Assembly (NCBI RefSeq): GCF_009914755.1
Contig: NC_060939.1
Direction: 5' to 3' (one strand)
Length of the DNA: 64,000 nucleotides
Source of the DNA: the human T2T-CHM13v2.0 reference genome, Homo sapiens
A program made the position numbers and the translations under genes. Positions within the stretch are counted from its first letter, which is position 1. Every line of letters starts with the position of its first letter. The notes beneath the pieces were generated by a model. The model searched no databases and was not told where the DNA came from. It saw nothing but the letters and a program-made list of their open reading frames with translations. This document shows, in pieces, positions 54,136-64,000 of the stretch.

Positions 54136-56084
54136 ACAAGCCAAAGTATGTTTTAGCAAACCTCCATCCTGATTGCTCATAGGAAGGGACGCTTTTAAGA
54201 AATAAGGATTTTTTTTTGAGACAGGATGACATAGGAAATGAAAAGAACGCTCTTTCCACAATGATGTGTAAACCCAGGGGGAGTCGAGGGTCTGCGCTGG
54301 GTTGCTGGAAGAAATGCCCCCACCCTCCCTCCACCCTGTGGACTGAGCAGGCAAAGCCTGTGGGAAGCAGAGCAAACAAGACAGACAGAGACGGGGCTGT
54401 GAGAGACAATGGCAGGGCTGCAGGGGGCCAGGCAGGCTTGGGGTTCTGACCGCGAGGGCAAAAGCAGAGACCATGTTTGTCTTAGAACTCTCCAAAGCTA
54501 TGAAAATTCAGGACATTTCCTGAGCCCACATAGTAGAGGTTGACTAATCTCTTTCATAACGTCTGTTTCAGGTTAAAGGGACAAAACCCACTTTCACATC
54601 TTTCTGGCTAAGGTCTTGCTTTGGCTTTCTTTGCTTCACAATAGAGTCATTGACCCACGCTGGAGTCTGTGGGTGGGACCACAAACAGGAACATTCACAC
54701 GACAGAACAAACATTTCTCCGTGCAAACTGGGATCCCTGCACTTTCAACTTAAGGGCTTGCTGATGAACGACCAGGACTTCGGGGTGATTAGCCCCAACC
54801 CTCCACCAAATGACTGTGTTTGCTTCCTTTCATATTTTGACCCCGTGCTTTTTGGCTAAAGTATAAAAGAAGAGAAATCTGAAATGTGTTCTCAAACGTT
54901 CAAAGCTCCAATTGCTGCAGAAGAGAATTTAAAACAAACCCCCCTTGGACTCTCGGCAGGAGTGGACAGCAGTATCTCTGCTTAGAAGTCTGCAGGTGAA
55001 GGACAGGCTGAGCCAGAGGAAATCTGTTTCTCATTAGAATTCTTGGCGGAGCATTTTCAGGCTCATCTGGAAAAGAGATGAGGAGAAGGGCTGCCAGTGA
55101 GGTTTGTTTAATAAGCTCTTTTCTCCCCTCACACGTCTGCTGGCTTTCCCGTCCACAGGCCACCTGGGACCAGGTTTTCCAGTCCCTCTGCAGCCCCCTG
55201 CATGTGTCTGTATATAATCTGGGTATATGGCTTATAAAGTGGAGAATCCATATAAGGAAAACCCATTTCACTCTCATTTTTCTAAACGTCAAATGAAATT
55301 CTCCCTCAGACACTCTCCCTTTCACAGATGCGGTGGATATGAAGGGGAAGAGTCCGTGATAAGGATCCCTTTTATTAATTTGTTCAGTCTTCAAGGTGAC
55401 AACTTAACCACGGCTTTTATCTGAGCATCACGACATTTGCTTAAAGTAACATCTTCATTTTACAGATGGGGAAAATCAATAACAACAGCAATGAAAATAC
55501 AAAACCAAACCAAAGCTGAGGCCCAGAGAGAAGAGGTGAACTTACACAGTTTCACAGCCACTGGGAGTCGGAGCTGAGATGAGGAATCTGATTCCTGTCT
55601 CCCACAGTGTGCTGGAAATCAGAGCACCCCCCAGACCTCACCACGTTCTCTTTCCTGGATGTGCCAGGTCCTAGGGTAAATGCTGCTTCCGCCCAGAAAC
55701 CCTCCCCGACCCAAACCCACCCTCAAGTCAGGCCTCCCTGTTGGCGCTCTATGCACGTTTTCTTTGTGGCACTTACCTGATTTTAATCAAGCTTTGTGTA
55801 ATTATTTGCTTAAAGCTCCCTCTCCAGCAAGACTGTAAGCCCCCTGAGACAGAAACTGTGTCCTGTCTTGTTCATCATTGTATCTACACCACACTGCACA
55901 GTGTCTAGTCCATGATGGGCCCAAAAAAAATATATTGTGAAATAAATGAACAAATGAATGAAAAATTGCCCAATGCAGTGGTGAAGGCTGAACATACACC
56001 AGCTTCCTTACTTCCTTGGTGAGTTAGCCAGTAAGGGATTTCCCAAGGAAATTTCTACAGATTCTGTTGTTTCTCATTGACATT

Positions 56085-56409
<325 letters not shown>

Positions 56410-56904
56410 TCATTGACGTTGTATAAAAACCTTTCGCTAAACATTGAGAAACTTCCTAAGGAGTGAGAGACTGAACGACTGTGAATTGTGCAGGATTTCT
56501 GCTTTTTGCTGGCCTAAGAACATAAGGGATGAATAGACCAGGAGTGCCAGCAGAAGTTAGTCTATGTCCTGTGGGTGATGTCCTGCTCCCTGTTCCAGCT
56601 ATGTGTTCTAGGGTATCATCACTGCTTCCTGGGTGAGTGCATGAGGGCATGATTCAGTCTGAGTAATGGGCTAGTTCTTCCTGGCCTTGCCACCAGCCCT
56701 GTAGCCTGGGAGAGCACCAATCAAAAGATGGTTGTGGCACATATCATCCAGTTCATATGGGGAAACTGAGGCAAGTGGAGAGGACTGTTCTGGTAGTGGC
56801 AGAGCTGGAACGAGAATCCAGGGCTCCTGCCTCTTTGTCTGCTCTTCTCCCCAGCACTGTTCAATCAATCAGCCCTTGGCATGTGCTCAGTGCTGTCTAT
56901 TCTA

Positions 56905-56976
56905 TTAGGTTGGTGCAAACACAATTACAGTTTTCACTGTTATTTTAAATGGCAAAAACCGCAATTACCCACCTAA
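56905..56976. mobile_element. MADE1 (Hsmar1-derived MITE)
   Basis: TA|ttaggttggtgcaaa...aatggcaaaaaccgcaattac...acctaa|TA; the right inverted repeat is partly deleted. Confidence 0.88.
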
Positions 56977-58263
56977 TAGGTTCTGAAATGGATGTAAAAA
57001 GTCTTGAAAATTAAGCACACAAAAATTAAATACACAAAATGAGCATAGAGCATGGTCCCACCTTCCAGGAACTTACAGTTTTGGTGGAGAGTGAAACTAA
57101 ATTCTTGAAACAATGATCCATGAAAGATTGCAAGTCTAGGTCATTACATGCTATGTTGTGTGCAGGACAGACTCTAAGCACTGAGAATTCTAAGAGGTCA
57201 TTTGACAATTGTGCACAACTCTATCTTGAGTGCGCCTGTGACAGTGAAGAATTTCTGCACACCAGGAAGACCTGGAGGTCGCAGTGCAGCGGCAAAGGGC
57301 ACACAGCCTTTGGAGTTAGACCTCCAGGCTCTGCCGCTTCCTGCTCTGTGACCGTGGGCAGGTCCTTGAGCCTCCCTCAGACTTGATCTTCTCTTCTGTA
57401 AAATGAGATGAGAAGACAATAGAGATACTTCCTTCGTAAGGTTGTTGTGAGAATTACATTCATGTAACATTTGTCAACTACTATAAGTTGAATTGCAACA
57501 AATAGTAGTAATTATCATTAATAAAAATAAAGCTATATGAAGATAAAATGGGTTGTCTTCAGGAGATTGAGCCCCCAGTCACCAATGGTATTTCAACTCT
57601 GCCTAGAAATTATAGAAGAAATTCAATTTTAGAAAGGAGTAGCTCCTAGAACCAGATGATATTTAAGGTCTTTCCCAACACTGATCACAAGATGAATTTT
57701 GTGGACATTAGCTGGCCCTTGAGAATGCTACATGTTGGCCAAGTGGGAAGCGGGGAAGGGTGTTTCCTAGAAGATGGGAACTGTGTGAGCAGAGGCTTGG
57801 AGGAGGTACAGAGCTTGAAGCTATTGTACTCTTATATCCCAGAACTTCATCCCACTTGTGTTTTCTGAACATGTTGTGGAGGGACTCTTTACAGCTTGTA
57901 GAGGTCCAGTCAGGGGGATTGCAGTAACTCTGAGGTCTTCCACTTGTGTGTTTCAGAATTTCATGAACCATTGAGGGCAGGGGAGTTTGTGAATTCAGCA
58001 TTAATACAAAGGAGTTCTAACCACGTTAGTTCACTCCTGCTTATCAGGGTTGTTTTCTAATGGGCCTGATTTCCTTATGATCAGCTTCTGAACTCAACTG
58101 AAACAAACTTCCTCTACCCAAAACAAACCAATGAGGTCATTTTACCACCTTGCCAAGTCTCTGTACAAATCTCCACGTGGGGCAGCATAATTGGAGATGG
58201 AGCTGGTAAAGGAAAAACAATTCATCAGGAAGAGCTTGTTTTGATATTCAGATGAGTTTATAA

Positions 58264-58568
<305 letters not shown>

Positions 58569-60899
58569 TAATTTTTAAAGTGGAAATCATAAAAGAAAAC
58601 CATGGTTACGTTCATGTACCCTAAGATCTAGCTATGTACAACTTTTATTAGCAAAATTAACAAGGGAGGGTAATGTTTCTGTATTACCCTGAAATGGAGA
58701 CCTCTGCATTTCTGCCCAGGCACCCAAGAGAATGTGCTCTGGGTGCTTTCTGCTCAGAGAGGCTGAAAGTGATGATTACCTAATGTGCAAAGTAGCACTT
58801 AAAAAAAAAAAAAACCTAATTGGCAACAACTTTGGATATCTTATATGCCCTCATTTCAGTTACAATTGGCTTTATGTACAGTTCAGAGGGTCTGCAGCTG
58901 GAAGGCATGGGGGGGTGGTAGACTGCTTCTGCAGGCCCAGGTGAAGCCTGTGCAGATGGCGACTGTCTCACCGCTGCAAGAACCACCCCCTCGCTGCCTG
59001 CCTCGATGCCTGGGGACCTCCTGAATGAGGAGAGAAAGCACACGTTCTCTGTGGCATCATACACCTTTCAGACTTGTGGTTTTAATAGTTCTCTGCTATG
59101 CTGAGCTTCGTCTTTTGAAGCCACTGCCGGAGAAAATCAGCTCGGCTGCTTCTCTAGAAGGGAAGCCAGACAGAAGGTCATTACTTTCCTCACTGCCCAC
59201 CACAGCCCTGTTCTCCACAGAAATGTGTCCTTCTACAACAGACAGACCCAAACTTGGCTTTCAGCAATGCTCTCAGTCTGCCTTACTCATCACTGCATCC
59301 CAAGTACCAAGCACAGTACTAAGTCCATAGTAGACATTCAAGACATACATGGGTGTGGATGGATGTTCTGTGCTGGGTGTATGTTAGTTGCACAGTGGTC
59401 AAGAAGGTGCAGTGAGTATGGCAGGTATCCGGCAGCAAGGAGGGTTGGTATGGGTTATGATTATTTATCCCACAGGGAAGCATGTTTGCTCAAAGACAAG
59501 GTATAGGAGGAGGAGGTGAGGGCCCTGAGAACCAAGCATCCTCTCCCACAAGTCTTCCTCCCTCATCAGCAGCCAAAGGATGATCTCCTCTCCTGTCATT
59601 AATCTGGGAATGTATAGTCTCCTCACTTGTCTAAAGGGGGTAACAGAACATTCCCTCCCTACCCCAAGGGGTGTTAGGGAGATATATCACGAGAACAAGG
59701 GGCTGCATAGATGCTGGGCTTTCCTCTGATGACAGAACCAAGCCCTCCCAAGAACTAGTGCCCAAGAGCTGCCCAGCATCCTTAAGAAATTGTATTGGGA
59801 AGGCCAGGCAGTTAAGTGTTCACCTATCAGTCAAGGCCATCCCTTCTAAGCAACCTCATTTCCCAGTGTGCTCAGCCTCCTGGACAGTTAGAACACACCC
59901 ATCTAAAGTGGTACAAACTAAAGCGAGTTTCAGCGTCAGCTGCTGCCTTCTCCATAGGTGGGTCTGCTTGACCAGGAGCATCAGGGAAGGGGACCCTCAA
60001 TGCCCTCTTCCCTTTTGCAGATGAACACGTATGCTTGGATAAAAGGCAACCCTGAAAAACTAGGCTTTTTTTTTTTCCAAATGAGAAAATTAAACAAAGA
60101 AAGACCTTCTGGGGCCAACCTGAACATATAAACGTTTTAATAATATAGATGGAAAAGTCAAATACTACTAATGAGATACTACAGTGATTTCTTGGCTTTT
60201 TAACAGATTCTGTCAAGGGATCACTTTTCCAATCTAAAAATGCATTGATTGAGTTCCTTTGAGGGTTTTGTATGTTCCCCAAATAGTATTTGGTTAGTCA
60301 AAAATAGTTATTGAAAAAACACCCTGTCATTAAGAGCCTAAGGCCACCTTTACTGAAGAATAATTTTAGGGAACTGGTTTATCAACAGTACCTTCAGGAA
60401 AGGTGATAATCCCTAATTACTGAAATCTTTACTTCCTTGCTAAATTAAGGATTCATGACAGAAATTCCCTGGATGCTAATAAGGCTTTTCAGAGGGCAGC
60501 TTGTATCTAGGGACCTAGCTTCTAATACATATCATGTCACTGCTGACCTCTGGGTTCTGTCTCTAGCCCATTCGATAGGTAAGGAACAGGTTTATATTTA
60601 ATAGCAGCAGAAGACACCAACTTGGGCCAGAGAATTTATCTTTCTGGGATATTACTGGACTCTGCAAAATTGTATAAAAACTAATTTGTGAAGTTCCAGG
60701 CACAGAGGTATCTCCTTCTTGGTGTGCCATAGTTACTTATGAATTTTTAATTTAATCCTGGAAAGAAAATCTCTTTTCACTGGAAAGATATGGGTGGAAT
60801 AACAACAATTATAATTTCCATTTATTGTGCTCTTCTTTTTATTGAATACTTATGTGTCAAGCACTATGAAAAAGACTTTACATGTATTATCTCATTTAT

Positions 60900-61350
60900 T
60901 CTTTTCTAAAATAGTTTTTGGTATTCTTTTCATTCATTTATTTTCAATCCTGTTTTGCCAGTAACATATTTTAAAGCTATAAATATACCTCTAGGTAGTG
61001 CTTTATCTGCATCCCACAAGTGTTAGAGTAGTTTTTTTTAGTTGTTCAAACCTAAATATTTAATAATTTTTATTAAAACTTTCCCTTTTATCCACAGTAA
61101 ACTTAGGAGTATGTTTGTTTCTAATAGCATTCTGCATAGAAAATATGATTTCTATGCTATAAATTATTTGAAATTTCTTGAGACTCTGCTAAAATGGTCG
61201 ACATGTGCTTGAAAAATATATATATTCTCTATTTTGGTGCAGGCTTCCGTATTTCTATATTGGAGCAAGTTTACTAAGTTATCTCTTCATACCTTACATA
61301 TCCTTACTCTTCATATCTTACATATCCTTACTCTTTTATACATATCCTTA

Positions 61351-61384
<34 letters not shown>

Positions 61385-61610
61385 ATTTGATCTGTTTGGT
61401 CCTGATAAAGTACATTAAAAGTATTACACTATGATAGGGATGAATGTATGAGTTAATTTAAAAAATATATTACATGGTGAATATGAATGAATCTAACTTC
61501 CCTTTATAATTTAGTCATGTTAAGTGTATACAAATTCACAAACATTATATATTCTTAATGGGATGTTGCTTTTATAACTTTATAATGTCCGTATTCTTAA
61601 TAATGCTTTG
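60900..61610 (-). mobile_element. Old L1M fragment (probably continuing at ~62800-63050)
   Basis: ttaaagctataaatatacctctaggtagtgctttatctgcatcccacaag; catgtgcttgaaaaatatatatattct. Confidence 0.65.
61283..61381 (+). repeat. 24-bp minisatellite (~2.8 copies) followed by a poly(T) tract
   Basis: ctcttcata(c/t)cttacatatcctta twice plus a degenerate third copy. Confidence 0.9.
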
Positions 61611-61614
61611 GTCT

Positions 61615-61990
61615 TGTATTTGTCTGTTCTCACACTGCCATAAAAAACTACGGGAGACTAGGTAATGTATGAAGAAAGAGATTTAATTGACTCATAGTTA
61701 TGCATGCTGTATAGGAAGCATGGCTGGGAGGCCTCAGGAAACTTACAATCATAGTGGAAGGTGAAGGAGAAGCAAGCACATCTTACCATGGCAGAGCAGG
61801 AGAGAGAGAGAGTGAGGTGGAAAGTGCTACATACTTTTAAACAACCAGATCCCATGACAACTCACTCACTATCATGAGAACAGCAAGGGGGAAATCTGCC
61901 CCCATGATCCAATCACCTCCCACCAGGGCCTTCCCCCAGAATTGGGAATTACAATTCAACATGAGATTTGGATGGGGACAAACCATATCA
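61615..61990 (-). mobile_element. MSTA-like MaLR solo LTR
   Basis: tgtatttgtctgttctcacactgcc...aaaccatatca; TSD ggtct/ggcct. Confidence 0.9.
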
Positions 61991-62032
61991 GGCCTTAAAT
62001 TTTATGTGGTCTGATATAAATATTGTTAGTTA

Positions 62033-62792
<760 letters not shown>

Positions 62793-63062
62793 ATATATAT
62801 TTCATGTTTTGGTTAGCATTGAACTGGTATATCTTTTTCTAACTTTTTATTTCCAATTGTTATGGTTTTGCTTTAGGTGTATCTCTTATAAACTTTGTTC
62901 ATTTGTTTTATCTAATCTGAGAATGTTTCATTTGAGAGGTAATCTGTTTACATTTATTATAATGACGTATAGTTTAACTGATTCCTGCCATATTTTGTTT
63001 TCTATTTCCCACCCTTTTGTTTTGCTTTGGTTTTTCTCCTTTCCAGCTGTCTTAGTCCCCCC

Positions 63063-63063
<1 letters not shown>

Positions 63064-63092
<29 letters not shown>
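63064..63092 (+). repeat. (CA)n microsatellite
   Basis: About 14 CA units. Confidence 0.92.
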
Positions 63093-63094
<2 letters not shown>

Positions 63095-63449
63095 GCAGAC
63101 TCTGAAATAATGGCTTGTCTGCAGCTTGTTTATTTTAGGAAATGATTCAACGAATAGGAGTGGGGCGGGGGCTGGGAAGAATGAAAAAGGGATGAAGACA
63201 AAGCTGATCATCACCATAGGCAAATAGGGTCAATCCTATTAGGGACCCTAGAGGAGGGACATGGATGCATCTTGGTCTTGTCTTCAGAGACACTAATATT
63301 GCTTTTCAAATGTGGCTGTGTCATTTTACCTTACATTTCTCTATCACATATAGAGCAGAGAGTATTTGGAGCAGAGGGCGTACATTGCAGCATGAATTTA
63401 CACCACTATCCTGGCATGTCTGCATGGCTGCCATTTAACTTCTCCATCA

Positions 63450-63590
63450 TCCTATGAGGCACTTTATCATCCCTATTTTAGAAAGGAAGAAATTGAGGCT
63501 CAGAGAGGTAAAGTAAATTGCCTGAAGTCACACAGATAAAAAGTGACAGAGCCAGAACTCAAACTCTGTTTTATCTGATTCCACAGCCAT
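63450..63590 (-). mobile_element. MIR SINE
   Basis: ccctattttagaaaggaagaaattgaggctcagagaggtaaagtaaattgcctgaagtcacacag. Confidence 0.8.
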
Positions 63591-64000
63591 TCCTTCCAAC
63601 CTTAAGCTCTACCGCCTGTGTGGTGCTGGGTGTGAGTCGGAGCTAGCCTGGGTTTACCTGAGTTGCAGGGTCACCCCTCATCGCACCCTTGTCAGTCCTC
63701 AAATAGGGGTGCAACTGTTCCATGAAAGGGAACAAAGAGACTGAGCTACTAGACACCAAGCTGTTTAGGACTGAACCCATTCCTGTCCAAACGGAAGTGA
63801 TCCAGAGGGACTCTGAATATTACAGAAGTCAAGAGATTTCATCATCTTTATTCAAAGAAAGGGGTTTGTTTGTTGATTTTTTGGATTTTTTTTTTGGACC
63901 ACAGCTCTATCTACTCCCTGAAGAGTAAGGATTATTAAGTAAATCAGGTAATTATTGACTAAGAAGTGACTGGCCACTGCAATTGATAAATTAACCATGT

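Noticed and set aside
54900-55394. 164-aa minus-strand ORF
   Set aside because: Non-ATG start, no recognisable homology, no splice context

Overview
This is primate, almost certainly human, genomic DNA. Bases 1 to ~12,430 are the 3' end of TLN2 (talin-2) on the + strand. They hold the last five coding exons (1305-1430, 3537-3599, 3691-3873, 6656-6781, 8282-8410), encoding most of the C-terminal I/LWEQ (THATCH/R13) actin-binding domain and the dimerisation helix, followed by a ~4 kb 3' UTR with three AATAAA signals. The remaining ~51 kb is intergenic and rich in transposon fossils: about 17 Alu/FLAM elements, several L1s, MaLR/ERV solo LTRs, hAT and Tc1/mariner MITEs, and MIR/L2. I found no other credible protein-coding gene, RNA gene or CRISPR array, and no new biological 'system' that I can support. 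Four unexplained structures stand out. (i) Candidate in-frame alternative splice sites on both ends of one TLN2 intron would insert 15 and/or 17 aa into the last helix of the actin-binding domain. (ii) A complex templated insertion at ~17.35-18.39 kb combines a 98-bp inverted copy, a 52-bp direct copy and an orphan poly(A)-ended segment. (iii) A pre-miRNA-sized hairpin with two alternative folds lies at 23.01-23.09 kb. (iv) Local duplications surround the first exon. Repeat subfamily names come from recalled consensus sequences and their boundaries are approximate unless target-site duplications (TSDs) are quoted.
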